A stretch of 64,000 nucleotides of DNA, taken from the NCBI GenBank assembly GCA_002718895.1, contig PBGD01000022.1, positions 5,220-69,219 of the forward strand, in the 5' to 3' direction. Positions within the stretch are counted from its first letter, which is position 1. Each line of letters starts with the position of its first letter. Below the pieces are notes generated by a model that was not told where the DNA came from, made no database searches, and worked only from the letters and a program-made list of their open reading frames with translations. Position numbers and translations under genes: made by a program. The stretch is from Flavobacteriales bacterium. Lineage in GTDB: Bacteria; Bacteroidota; Bacteroidia; Flavobacteriales; TMED113. Below, piece by piece: positions 10,117 through 19,888 of the stretch.

Positions 10117-11610
10117 TCAGTTTTTTTGTGGAGTTATTAATTTTTTCATTTGGGTGAATATAAATATAATATATATAAAGAATATAATAGCATTGTCTAT
10201 TTGAATATTAATATAAAGAGGGTTATTTATCACATTACTTAAAGCATATAAAAAGAGTGCAAAGCAAAAATGAATTATAATAGATTTGAAATCGTAATTA
10301 ATATGATACCTTTTTCTAGAAAAGAAAACTGATAATAAACACATGGAAAAATAACAAATAAGTGTTGTCCATGCCGCACCAATATATCCATATGTGGGTA
10401 TTAAAATTATATTTAAAATTAAAGTAATAATAGCGCCCATTGTTGATATAATTGCAGCAAAATGTGTTTGATTAATAACTTTATACCAAACTGAGAGGTT
10501 GTAATAAATTCCTAAAAATAAGTTAGCCAAAAGAACTATTGGAACAATAACTACTCCCTCATGGAAAAGTTGATTTGGTATTATTAGCTTAATTGTGTCT
10601 AAAAATAATACTACAAATAGAAAAATTAATAATGAGAAAAGCACATACGAATTCATCATCAAAGAATATGTTTTTTGGGGATTTGGGGATTTTAATTGAT
10701 GAAAGAAAAATGGTTCAGCTGCAAACCTATATGCCTGAACAAAGAGTGTCATAAAAATTGTAAGTTTATAGCAAGCAGAGTAAATTCCTAATTCTCGCAT
10801 CGCAATTCCTGTTGGCAGTAAGTATTTTATTAATATTTTATCAGCTGTTTCATTAAGAATAAAGGCAAGACCTGCGATAAATATGGGCCATGCATATTTG
10901 ATCATTTTTTTAAAAAGAGGATAATCAGGTTGAGAATAGTTTTTAAATACAATTGGAGTTAAAATAATAAGCGTTATTGTACTAGCAATTAAATTAGAAA
11001 TAAACACATATACCACAGAAACATCAGGGTTATAAAAAATATTAAGGACTTGTCCTGTTCCTATAGTATTTAACAAATATGGACACAGCAACAAAAAAAA
11101 TAGATTGAAAAAAATATTAATGCATATGTTAATAGTTTTAATTACGGCAAATGTCACTGCTCTATTTTGTTCACGTAGAATTGAAAATGGTATTACCGAC
11201 AATAGATCTAAAGAAACAATAATAATGAAAAGTGCGATGTACTCAGGGTGGTTTTCATGTTCTATTATGAATGAAATATCCTCTAAAAAAAGAAAGCCTA
11301 AAAAAAGTAATATAAGTGTATTAAATATTAAAAAGGTGAAGGCAGTAGAAAATACTTTTCTTGTATTTTCTGTGGAGCTTGATTTTATTGCTTCGTTTTT
11401 AACAAACCTAAAAAAAGTGGTCTCCATTCCAAACGAACCAATGACCATAAACAGGCCTGCATACGCATACATTTCAGCTATAATAGCGTATTCGGATGGC
11501 ATAAATAGAATTGTGTAAAGTGGTACTAAAAAAAAATTTAGTACTCTTGCAATTACACTACTAAAACCATAAATAATTGTTTGATGAAAAAGTTGTTTTA
11601 GCTCAAACAT
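10117..11610 (-). CDS. Polysaccharide/oligosaccharide flippase, MOP superfamily (Wzx/MurJ-like)
   Basis: 497 aa and very hydrophobic, with about 12-14 predicted TM segments. It sits next to dut as in many Flavobacteriia. Confidence 0.7.
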   Translation of the reverse strand: MFELKQLFHQTIIYGFSSVIARVLNFFLVPLYTILFMPSEYAIIAEMYAYAGLFMVIGSFGMETTFFRFVKNEAIKSSSTENTRKVFSTAFTFLIFNTLILLFLGFLFLEDISFIIEHENHPEYIALFIIIVSLDLLSVIPFSILREQNRAVTFAVIKTINICINIFFNLFFLLLCPYLLNTIGTGQVLNIFYNPDVSVVYVFISNLIASTITLIILTPIVFKNYSQPDYPLFKKMIKYAWPIFIAGLAFILNETADKILIKYLLPTGIAMRELGIYSACYKLTIFMTLFVQAYRFAAEPFFFHQLKSPNPQKTYSLMMNSYVLFSLLIFLFVVLFLDTIKLIIPNQLFHEGVVIVPIVLLANLFLGIYYNLSVWYKVINQTHFAAIISTMGAIITLILNIILIPTYGYIGAAWTTLICYFSMCLLSVFFSRKRYHINYDFKSIIIHFCFALFLYALSNVINNPLYINIQIDNAIIFFIYIIFIFTQMKKLITPQKN

Positions 11611-12381
11611 TTATTGAAAGATTGGTTTTCTTTTTTCTAAAAATGCCGCAACACCCTCTTTAAATCCGTCTGTTTCAAATAACTTACTAAACTCTTCTGT
11701 TTCTATGTCTTCACCATGGGGGAGGTGTGAAGAATTTATTGACTTAATAGCGGCCCTTAAAGACTCCCTAGATGTTCTATTAAAGAGTTTTGAAAAATCT
11801 AAACAAGCATCAAGTAAATTCTCTTGATCAACGACCTTATTCACAATCCCCATATTTAGTGCTTCTTCTGCAGAAATCACTTTAGCTGTCAAAATCATTT
11901 CCATTGCACGATTTGACCCTATGATCCTTGTAAGTTTTTGAGTTCCACTATAACCAGGGATTAGTCCAAGTGAACATTCGGGTAAACCCATTTTTGCAGA
12001 AAAAGACGCAATTCTTATATGTGACGCTAATGCCAATTCTAGGCCTCCACCAAGCGCATATCCGTTGATAGCAGAAATAACAGGCATGCTGAAGTTGGTT
12101 ATTTTGTTAAACAGCTTTTCTTTACCTTGTTGACTGAGTGCTTTAGCCTGTTGAATATTGTGCTTTTGGAACTCCTTTATATCTGCCCCAGCCACAAAAG
12201 CTTTATTTCCACTCCCTGTTATAATTATTGATCTAATATCACTAGATTTTTCTAAACTTTTAAGAAGTGTGTTTAACTCATCTATTACAACACTATTTAA
12301 TGCATTAAGCTGAGAGGGTCTGTTAATTGTAATAACTCCCGCTTTAAAATTGTTGTTTTCTGTGTAATTAATTGTTTTCAT
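11611..12381 (-). CDS. Enoyl-CoA hydratase/isomerase (crotonase family)
   Basis: 256 aa with crotonase oxyanion-hole motifs ..GSGNKAFVAGADIKE.. and ..GYALGGGLELALA... Its start overlaps the kinase stop (ATGA). Confidence 0.85.
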   Translation of the reverse strand: MKTINYTENNNFKAGVITINRPSQLNALNSVVIDELNTLLKSLEKSSDIRSIIITGSGNKAFVAGADIKEFQKHNIQQAKALSQQGKEKLFNKITNFSMPVISAINGYALGGGLELALASHIRIASFSAKMGLPECSLGLIPGYSGTQKLTRIIGSNRAMEMILTAKVISAEEALNMGIVNKVVDQENLLDACLDFSKLFNRTSRESLRAAIKSINSSHLPHGEDIETEEFSKLFETDGFKEGVAAFLEKRKPIFQ

Positions 12382-13886
12382 ATTTTTTGTTTTTTTATAG
12401 GGATAACTAGCCTAAACTCTGTGCCTCTTTCAGATGTGGAATAAGATATTTTGCCTTTAAGGTCATCCATGATTTTTTTTACCATTGCAAGGCCTAGACC
12501 CATTCCACTGTTTTTAGTTGTAAAGTTGGGCTCAAAAATTTTACTTTGTATTTCTTTGGGTATTCCCGTTCCATTGTCTGCCACTAAAAGAACACAATTA
12601 GAATGTTTTAAAACTAAATCTACTTTTACTTGTATAGGTTCATTATTTTTGCTCGCTTGTAAAGAATTTTGAATTAAATTATTTAAAACCCTAGTTAAAT
12701 GAGTTTTGTCAATAAGAACTTTAACAGATTTTAAGTTTGATTTTCCAATAAAATGGACGTTGTTATTTTTAAAAAGATGTATAATTTCTCGCACCTCTTT
12801 TACTATATCTACCTGTTCTTCTCTTTGGGCGCTTAAGCTAGCAAAATCTGAAAAGGCATTTGCAATTCTTGTAAGTGTGTCTATTTGTTGTATCATTGTG
12901 CTGGTAAATTCGTCTAATTTTTCAGACCACTCATCACTATACAAATCTCTTTTTTGTCCGTCATTAAATGATTTTTGTAAATATTGAACACTTAGCCTCA
13001 TGGGGGTAAGCGGATTTTTAATTTCATGAGCTATTTGTCTCGCCATCTTTTTCCAAGCTCCCTCCTTTTCACTTTGTATAAGTTGTTTTGTCTTTTCATT
13101 AAGTTCTTTCATTAAGTTATTATAGCTATCAATTAATTGACCTATTTCATCTTTAACTGGCCAAACTAATGGTTCCATTTTTTTTTGGACATTTGATGCT
13201 AACAATCTTCGTGATACTGAGCGTAGTGGTGATGTTATTCTTTGTTGTAAGAAATAAGCCATAACGATACTGAGCAGCAATAAAAGAACATAAATTTTTA
13301 AAAAATAAACAATTTGTTCATTGGTTTTTTGAATTATATCTTCTTGAGTACTTTTATCATATACAACGTCTAAAACACAAAATGGTGAATCTGTTATTAT
13401 GGGTGTTGATGAAGATAGGTGTTTTGTGTTATTATCTTTATATAAAATTCTATATGTTCCAAAATAAGCACCCTTTTCATACTCTGTCTTTTTATTTTCT
13501 GACTTTAAGCATTTATTAATTGTTTCTTGAGAAAGGGGATTGATGATAGTGGGGTCATTTAATAAAGTTGTATCTGATGACCAAACAAATTTTCCTGTTA
13601 AATCATAAATGTTAATTTTTAATTTATGTATATAGCCTACATCTTTTAGTATTGGCTTAAATGCAGTTTCTAGATCGACATTGTATTGTGAACTTAGATT
13701 AATGATTGCCTCTATTGATTTTGCAACAGCTCTGTCTTTTCTGTTTAATCTTTCTATGTTATATTTCTTGGTATCTTTCTGAATCTGCTGAATATTAATT
13801 ATAGCAATTATTAACATAGAAAAACTAATCAATGCTATCATTGATATAAATATTTGCTGACTTAATCTTGCTTTTTTGAATATCAT
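12378..13886 (-). CDS. Sensor histidine kinase (two TM segments, HAMP, HisKA, HATPase_c; NtrY-like H-box)
   Basis: H-box ..[15 protein letters not shown].., N-box ..[11 protein letters not shown].., G-boxes ..DNGTGIP.. and ..GMGLGLAMV... No response regulator lies adjacent. Confidence 0.85.
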   Translation of the reverse strand: MIFKKARLSQQIFISMIALISFSMLIIAIINIQQIQKDTKKYNIERLNRKDRAVAKSIEAIINLSSQYNVDLETAFKPILKDVGYIHKLKINIYDLTGKFVWSSDTTLLNDPTIINPLSQETINKCLKSENKKTEYEKGAYFGTYRILYKDNNTKHLSSSTPIITDSPFCVLDVVYDKSTQEDIIQKTNEQIVYFLKIYVLLLLLSIVMAYFLQQRITSPLRSVSRRLLASNVQKKMEPLVWPVKDEIGQLIDSYNNLMKELNEKTKQLIQSEKEGAWKKMARQIAHEIKNPLTPMRLSVQYLQKSFNDGQKRDLYSDEWSEKLDEFTSTMIQQIDTLTRIANAFSDFASLSAQREEQVDIVKEVREIIHLFKNNNVHFIGKSNLKSVKVLIDKTHLTRVLNNLIQNSLQASKNNEPIQVKVDLVLKHSNCVLLVADNGTGIPKEIQSKIFEPNFTTKNSGMGLGLAMVKKIMDDLKGKISYSTSERGTEFRLVIPIKKQKI

Positions 13887-13933
13887 TTATTAGCAAATAT
13901 ATGAAATTGCTACAGTACTCTTTTCGCTAAATA

Positions 13934-14794
13934 TTAAGAACCCTTTAAAGCTTCTGCCCCAGCCACTATTTCTAGGATTTCATTTGTAATCGCTGCCTGT
14001 CTTTGTCTATTATAAGTTAGTGTAAGATCTTGTTTTAGCTCATTGGCATTGTCAGTAGCCTTATGCATTGCCGTCATTCTTGCTCCATGCTCAGAAGCAA
14101 CAGAGTTTAATAATGCTTCAAACAAATTGGTGTGAACCTCTTTAGGCATTAGGTGGTTAATAATTGTAGTTGTGTCTGGTTCAACAATATAGTCTTTTTT
14201 GGTTTTTTCAACAACCACCGATTCGTTATTTAAAGAGATGGGAAGAATTTGTTTTAGTTCAACAATTTGTGTGCCAGCATTTTTAAATTTATTGTATACA
14301 ATTAGAACTTTTGACCATTTGCCCATTTGAAATTTTTTAATTATTTCGTTAGATATTGGTTTGACTTTTGCTTCATCTAAATTGTCCAATAAATCAAATT
14401 CTTCTTTAAAAACTTTAATTTGGTTTCTACTAAATATTTCTGCTCCTTTTTTTCCAATACAAAAGACTTCACAGCTGCCAGTGTTTTCTTTTGATTTTTT
14501 AAAAACATTTGTGTTAAAAGCTCCACATAAACCTCTGTTAGAAGTTAACGCTATGATCAGAGTTGTATTGGTAGCATTTGGTGCGGGGGATGTCAACTTA
14601 ATTTCTGACGGGTCAATATTTGGCAACAAGTTTTGTATCATTTTAGATAAACCGTCAGAATAGGGCTTAATATTCATCATGTGGTCTTGAGCTTTTTTTA
14701 ATTTTGCTGCAGAAACCATCTTCATCGCACTAGTAATTTTCATAGTAGATGAAACAGAATTTATTCGTGAACGTATTTCTTTTAAGTTCGACAT
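13934..14794 (-). CDS. atpG: F0F1 ATP synthase subunit gamma
   Basis: 286 aa. N-terminus ..IRSRINSVSSTMKITSAMKMVSAAKL.. and C-terminus ..LTYNRQRQAAITNEILEIV.. are typical of AtpG. Confidence 0.95.
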   Translation of the reverse strand: MSNLKEIRSRINSVSSTMKITSAMKMVSAAKLKKAQDHMMNIKPYSDGLSKMIQNLLPNIDPSEIKLTSPAPNATNTTLIIALTSNRGLCGAFNTNVFKKSKENTGSCEVFCIGKKGAEIFSRNQIKVFKEEFDLLDNLDEAKVKPISNEIIKKFQMGKWSKVLIVYNKFKNAGTQIVELKQILPISLNNESVVVEKTKKDYIVEPDTTTIINHLMPKEVHTNLFEALLNSVASEHGARMTAMHKATDNANELKQDLTLTYNRQRQAAITNEILEIVAGAEALKGS

Positions 14795-14796
14795 TT

Positions 14797-16380
14797 TTAT
14801 ATATAGCTGTTAATAACAATCTTTACTGCTTTCTCAATATCTTCTTTCATTGAGTCAGTTAGTTTTCCAGACTTTAATTCTTCTAGAGTCTCTTTGAAGT
14901 TTTTTCTCATCTCCCTCATCAATTCTTCTTCACAGTCTTTAATTTTAACGACTGGAACAGAATTTAGAAGACCATTCACTCCGCAATAAATAATAGCAAT
15001 TTGCTCCTCTACTTTCATTGGTTTATTTAAACCTTGTTTTAGTATTTCAACATTTCTTTTACCCTTTTCTAAAACAGCTGTAGTAGCAGCATCTAGATCA
15101 GAACCAAATTTTGCAAAAGCTTCTAGCTCCCTATACTGTGCTTGATCTAATTTTAAAGTACCTGCTACTTTTTTCATAGATTTAACCTGAGCACTACCCC
15201 CAACTCTTGAAACAGAAATTCCTACGTTTATTGCTGGTCTTACACCAGAATTAAATAGGTCTGCCTCTAAGAATATTTGACCATCTGTGATAGATATAAC
15301 ATTGGTAGGAATATATGCAGACACATCCCCAGCCTGTGTTTCAATAATTGGAAGTGCCGTTAGAGACCCCCCTCCCTTAACTAAGGGTTTGATGGATTCT
15401 GGAAGATCATTCATTGAAGCTGCAATAGAGTCTGAAGCATTTATTTTTGCAGCTCGTTCTAAGAGTCTTGAGTGTAAATAAAAAACATCTCCGGGATAAG
15501 CTTCTCTTCCGGGAGGTCTTCTTAATAATAAAGACACTTCTCTATATGATACTGCTTGTTTAGATAGGTCATCATAAACAATAAGAGCATGTCTCCCCGT
15601 GTCTCTAAAAAACTCCCCTATAGCTGCACCAGTAAATGGTGAATAAAATTGCATTGGAGCTGGATCAGAAGCAGAAGCTGCTACAATCACAGTATATGGA
15701 AGAGCCCCATTGTCACTTAACATTTTAGTTATATTTGCAATAGTAGATCCCTTTTGGGATGTAGCAACATAAATACAGTAAACAGGATTACCCGCTTCAT
15801 AAAATTCTTTTTGATTAATAATTGTGTCAAGTGCAACTGAAGTTTTTCCTGTTTGTCTATCACCTATGATTAACTCTCTTTGACCTCGACCTATCGGTAT
15901 CATTGCATCAATTGCTTTAATACCTGTTTGAAGTGGTTCATTTACCGGCTGCCTATAAATCACACCCGGCGCCTTTCTTTCAAGTGGCATTTCGTATGTT
16001 TCTCCTTCTATGGGGCCTTTACCATCAATTGGAACACCTAGCGCATTAACTACTCTGCCCAACATACCCTCTCCAACTTGTATAGAGGCTATTTTTTTTG
16101 TTCTTTTTACAGTATCTCCCTCTTTTATTTTAGTTGAGGAACCCAAAAGAACAGCTCCAACATTATCCTCTTCTAGGTTTAGCACTATACCTTGTTGGTT
16201 TTTATCATCATTAAATTCTATTAGCTCACCAGATTCTACATTAGCCAGGCCATAAAGTCTAGCAATCCCATCTCCAACGGCCAATACAATGCCCGTCTCC
16301 TCTAAATTTGTTGCAGTATCTAAATTTGTTATCTCTTTTTTTAAAATTTCAGAAACTTCTGATGGTTTTAATTCTGTCAT
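14797..16380 (-). CDS. atpA: F0F1 ATP synthase subunit alpha
   Basis: 527 aa with Walker A GDRQTGKT and full-length AtpA similarity. Confidence 0.97.
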   Translation of the reverse strand: MTELKPSEVSEILKKEITNLDTATNLEETGIVLAVGDGIARLYGLANVESGELIEFNDDKNQQGIVLNLEEDNVGAVLLGSSTKIKEGDTVKRTKKIASIQVGEGMLGRVVNALGVPIDGKGPIEGETYEMPLERKAPGVIYRQPVNEPLQTGIKAIDAMIPIGRGQRELIIGDRQTGKTSVALDTIINQKEFYEAGNPVYCIYVATSQKGSTIANITKMLSDNGALPYTVIVAASASDPAPMQFYSPFTGAAIGEFFRDTGRHALIVYDDLSKQAVSYREVSLLLRRPPGREAYPGDVFYLHSRLLERAAKINASDSIAASMNDLPESIKPLVKGGGSLTALPIIETQAGDVSAYIPTNVISITDGQIFLEADLFNSGVRPAINVGISVSRVGGSAQVKSMKKVAGTLKLDQAQYRELEAFAKFGSDLDAATTAVLEKGKRNVEILKQGLNKPMKVEEQIAIIYCGVNGLLNSVPVVKIKDCEEELMREMRKNFKETLEELKSGKLTDSMKEDIEKAVKIVINSYI

Positions 16381-16391
16381 ATTATAGGTAT

Positions 16392-16925
16392 TTATAGTTT
16401 AAATGCTCTGCGAGCATTTTTTATTTTTTTTCTTATGCTTGCATCAAATTGAACTCCATCTTTCTTAATGATAATGCCGCCCAATAATTTTGCGTCCACT
16501 TGCTCTATCAATTTTATCTTGCTACCGTCCGCATTCATTTTATCCACAAGAATGCTTTTTTGTTCTTCTGTTAAAGGTCTTGCCGAAACAGTTTGAATAA
16601 TCCTAATCTTGTTATGTTTATTATAAATTGTTTCATACTTTTCAATCAGATCATTCAAAAGAGGCTCTCTGCCCTTATTAATCACTAATAGTAAAAAGTT
16701 AAGACAAATAGAACTTATTTTACCAGATAATGTCTTTAAAAATATTGTTTTTTTTATATTTTTTTTAATTGTTGGATTAGTTGTTAGCGTTTTAAAATTT
16801 TTATCTCTCTTTAAAAGAGAATAAATTAATCTTAAATCAGCCAATGTTGTTTCTGTGACATTCTGCTCTAGTGACAAATCAAACAAAGCTTTTGCATATC
16901 TTATTGAAGCACTTGATTTTTGCAT
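16392..16925 (-). CDS. atpH: F0F1 ATP synthase subunit delta (OSCP)
   Basis: 177 aa. N-terminal ..RYAKALFDL.. is OSCP-like, and it sits between atpF and atpA. Confidence 0.85.
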   Translation of the reverse strand: MQKSSASIRYAKALFDLSLEQNVTETTLADLRLIYSLLKRDKNFKTLTTNPTIKKNIKKTIFLKTLSGKISSICLNFLLLVINKGREPLLNDLIEKYETIYNKHNKIRIIQTVSARPLTEEQKSILVDKMNADGSKIKLIEQVDAKLLGGIIIKKDGVQFDASIRKKIKNARRAFKL

Positions 16926-16927
16926 AA

Positions 16928-17422
16928 TTAATTAAGTTCCAGGTTTTCAACATTCTGCTTTATAAGGTCATTATATTGATCTTTATCCTCCAGCTCTTTT
17001 TGTATTATTTTTTCTGCAATTTTAATTGAAAGTTCCGCTACGCTAGACTTCATTTCATCAAGTGCGGCTCTTTTTTGTCGTAAAATCTCTTCACTTACAT
17101 CTTTCAATTGTGCCTCTATTTGTGAATTAATTCTATTTTGTTGTTCTTTTTTATATGCAGCCAAATCCTCTTTTGCTATTTGAATCAATTTTTCCTTTTG
17201 TATTTTAGCCTCGTCGATTAACTTAGTTGCTTTATTTGCAGCCTGTTGCACCTCCTCTCTTGCACTTTCAGCTTTTGACAATGCGGTTTGGATGCCCTCC
17301 TCTCTGTCATTCAGAGCCTTTAGTATTGGGCCCCACGCAAATTTTCTTAATAAAAAAAGCAACAATATGAAAGAGGTTGTCATCCAAAAAAACAACCCAA
17401 AATCTGGTTTAACTAGTTCCAT
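16928..17422 (-). CDS. atpF: F0F1 ATP synthase subunit b
   Basis: 164 aa with one N-terminal TM helix then a long charged coiled coil. Position fits the operon. Confidence 0.85.
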   Translation of the reverse strand: MELVKPDFGLFFWMTTSFILLLFLLRKFAWGPILKALNDREEGIQTALSKAESAREEVQQAANKATKLIDEAKIQKEKLIQIAKEDLAAYKKEQQNRINSQIEAQLKDVSEEILRQKRAALDEMKSSVAELSIKIAEKIIQKELEDKDQYNDLIKQNVENLELN

Positions 17423-17437
17423 AAATTTATACTTATT

Positions 17438-17692
<255 letters not shown>

Positions 17693-17729
17693 TTAAATTT
17701 TTTAAAGTTAATATTTGTTTTTATAAATT

Positions 17730-18791
17730 TTAATGCTCTTCTACAGCCGAACCAAAATACATCGCGGCTAACAAAGTAAATACATATGCCTGTAAAAAAG
17801 CAACTAATAATTCTAAAGTCATCATAAATAATACAAATAATATAGAAAAAAAAGACACCCCATAACCCGCTATGGGACTCATTTCTCCAAAAATAAATAT
17901 CATACTAAAAAACGACAGTATAATTATGTGTCCTGCAGTAATATTTGCAAATAGCCTAATCATTAAAACAAGCGGTTTTAGCAAAACTCCAAAAATCTCT
18001 ATTGGGGTCAATATTAATAAAACCGGCTTTGGAACTCCAGGCATAGCAAATATGTGTTGCCAATAATATTTTTTACCACTTATTGTAGTGATAATAAAAA
18101 CCAATGCTGCTAAAACCATTGGAACTGCAATGTTTCCTGTTAAATTTGCTCCACCAGGAAAAAATGGAACAAGACCAAGAAGATTGTTTAAAAAAATAAA
18201 GAAAAAAACTGTTAACAAAAAGGGGAGGAATTTCTTGTGTTCCTTTTCTCCAATTGCAGACTTTGCTATATCATCTCTAATAAAAATAATAATGGGCTCG
18301 ATAAAAGATTGAATTCCCTTTGGTGGAGACTGGGATTTTTGCTGGTATCTCCGACTAATTTTTGTAAAAATTAGAATTAACAAAATTGAACTAAAAAACA
18401 AGGAGAAAACATTCTTTGTAATTGAAAGGTCCCAAATTTTAGCAGTCTCTGCTTTATTAATTTGATCATTTTTATTTACAAACACTATATTGCCATGGTC
18501 CATTTTATATCCTCTATATGTGTTTTTTCCATGATTAAATTTGGAGGACATAAATACATTTAATCCCTTTCCTTCATGAAATATAATAATGGGTAGAGGT
18601 ATTGATACTGAATGCCCACGCCAATCTAAAATATGCCATTCATGAGAATCCAAAATGTGGTGCATTATCATATCTCCAGCCTGAAACCCTGAGCTTGAGT
18701 TTTGGGGATCAGCAACTTTTTCAGCTAATTTTGGGGAAGAAAACAGTGAGGCGCTTAGGAAAAAGATGTAGATTAATAATCGTTGTGTCAT
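17730..18791 (-). CDS. atpB: F0F1 ATP synthase subunit a
   Basis: 353 aa, polytopic, with the essential Arg motif ..IRLFANITAGH... Confidence 0.9.
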   Translation of the reverse strand: MTQRLLIYIFFLSASLFSSPKLAEKVADPQNSSSGFQAGDMIMHHILDSHEWHILDWRGHSVSIPLPIIIFHEGKGLNVFMSSKFNHGKNTYRGYKMDHGNIVFVNKNDQINKAETAKIWDLSITKNVFSLFFSSILLILIFTKISRRYQQKSQSPPKGIQSFIEPIIIFIRDDIAKSAIGEKEHKKFLPFLLTVFFFIFLNNLLGLVPFFPGGANLTGNIAVPMVLAALVFIITTISGKKYYWQHIFAMPGVPKPVLLILTPIEIFGVLLKPLVLMIRLFANITAGHIIILSFFSMIFIFGEMSPIAGYGVSFFSILFVLFMMTLELLVAFLQAYVFTLLAAMYFGSAVEEH

Positions 18792-18823
18792 TTTTAAATT
18801 AGGAATAACAAAATAATCGAAAA

Positions 18824-18831
18824 CAAAAGTA
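18824..18831 (-). promoter_or_regulatory. Candidate Bacteroidota -7 promoter element (TAnnTTTG) upstream of atpB
   Basis: The minus strand reads TACTTTTG 32 nt upstream of the atpB ATG, with a TTG about 20 nt further upstream. This is a single motif match in A/T-rich DNA. Confidence 0.25.
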
Positions 18832-18880
18832 ATTAATTTCTAATTAAAAACAACTTAATGCTATTTGGATTTTTTGTTTT

Positions 18881-19120
18881 TCATTTTTCATGATTAATAT
18901 CTTTAACAAGAGACCAAAGGGAGTATATAATTGAAGCAACTGAAAGACAAATTGTTGTATAATAGTGTGTGCTTGATAAAAGCATATCAATTTGATAGCC
19001 TAAAAAAATAAAAACACCTATAGTAATAGCAACTCGTGCACCAATAAAATAATACTTGAAAGGACCATTTGGCTTAATCTGCTTCACTGGTGTGTTGAAA
19101 AAATAATTTGGTGTTAACAA
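18881..19120 (-). CDS. AtpZ/AtpI-like small membrane protein
   Basis: 79 aa with two TM helices, immediately upstream of atpB. The ..ARVAITIGVFIFLGYQID.. pattern resembles AtpZ. Its 5' end overlaps the upstream ORF by 47 nt, so the start is uncertain. Confidence 0.5.
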   Translation of the reverse strand: MLTPNYFFNTPVKQIKPNGPFKYYFIGARVAITIGVFIFLGYQIDMLLSSTHYYTTICLSVASIIYSLWSLVKDINHEK

Positions 19121-19442
19121 TTAAATAAAGAAAATAAAGTCCTACAAACAATGAACAAAATCTAATTATCTCTTTATTAGAGGCTGTTTCCGCAAAAAAT
19201 ATGAAATATATAGACAAAACCAACAAGGAACTAATCATCTTAATCAAGATCACAAAATTGTACTTAACTGAAAAGCTTTTGTGTCCCAAACCTGCTTTAA
19301 GTAAAAAAGCCGATTTTAGTATATATAATACAAAAAAGTATAGTGCAACAATTTGGTAGGGTAATGACAACAAATCCGTAAACCAAAGAATCAAATATGT
19401 AAAAGAAAGCAAAAGAGTGTTTGCTACAACATTTTTCTTCAT
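19074..19442 (-). CDS. Hypothetical integral membrane protein (about 4 TM)
   Basis: 122-aa hydrophobic ORF between the bactofilin gene and the AtpZ-like gene. No recognisable motif. Confidence 0.45.
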   Translation of the reverse strand: MKKNVVANTLLLSFTYLILWFTDLLSLPYQIVALYFFVLYILKSAFLLKAGLGHKSFSVKYNFVILIKMISSLLVLSIYFIFFAETASNKEIIRFCSLFVGLYFLYLIVNTKLFFQHTSEAD

Positions 19443-19456
19443 TTTTTGATATTATT

Positions 19457-19858
19457 TTATCCAGCTTTTGCTGTTTTATCGGAAATATTTTCTTCCATTT
19501 TTTTATTTATTTCCTTCACAATTGCCCCCATACTACACTTTCCTGTAAAAATTGCTCCAGGTTCAATGGCTAATTTTCCAACAATAATTTCCCCTGACAA
19601 TCTGGACGTTGATTTTAATGTTAAAAGTTCTTTAACCCTTATGTTTGCTTTGACCTCTCCAGCAATTATAGCATTTGTACAGTCTACTTCTCCACTAATT
19701 ACTCCATTGGGCCCCAGAACAAGCTTGCCCTTTGTAATTAGGGCACCATTTAAGTAGCCGTCTATTCTAACATCTCCATCTGAACTAAAAGTTCCCTCTA
19801 TTTTAGATTGTTTTGCAATTGAGTTTACTTCAGTCTGTTTGTCTGTTGATTTTAACAT
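19457..19858 (-). CDS. Bactofilin-family cytoskeletal protein
   Basis: 133 aa with the beta-helical bactofilin repeat ..IEGTFSSDGDVRIDGYLNGALITKGKLVLGPNGVISGEVDCTNAIIAGEVKANI... Confidence 0.85.
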   Translation of the reverse strand: MLKSTDKQTEVNSIAKQSKIEGTFSSDGDVRIDGYLNGALITKGKLVLGPNGVISGEVDCTNAIIAGEVKANIRVKELLTLKSTSRLSGEIIVGKLAIEPGAIFTGKCSMGAIVKEINKKMEENISDKTAKAG

Positions 19859-19888
19859 ATTGTTCTTGGTTTTATGTAAAAATTAAAT

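Noticed and set aside
13890-13911. Hairpin tagcaa-10 nt-ttgcta downstream of atpG as a possible intrinsic terminator.
   Set aside because: The stem is only 6 bp with a large loop and no following U-tract, and it sits directly against the kinase start codon. Too weak to call.
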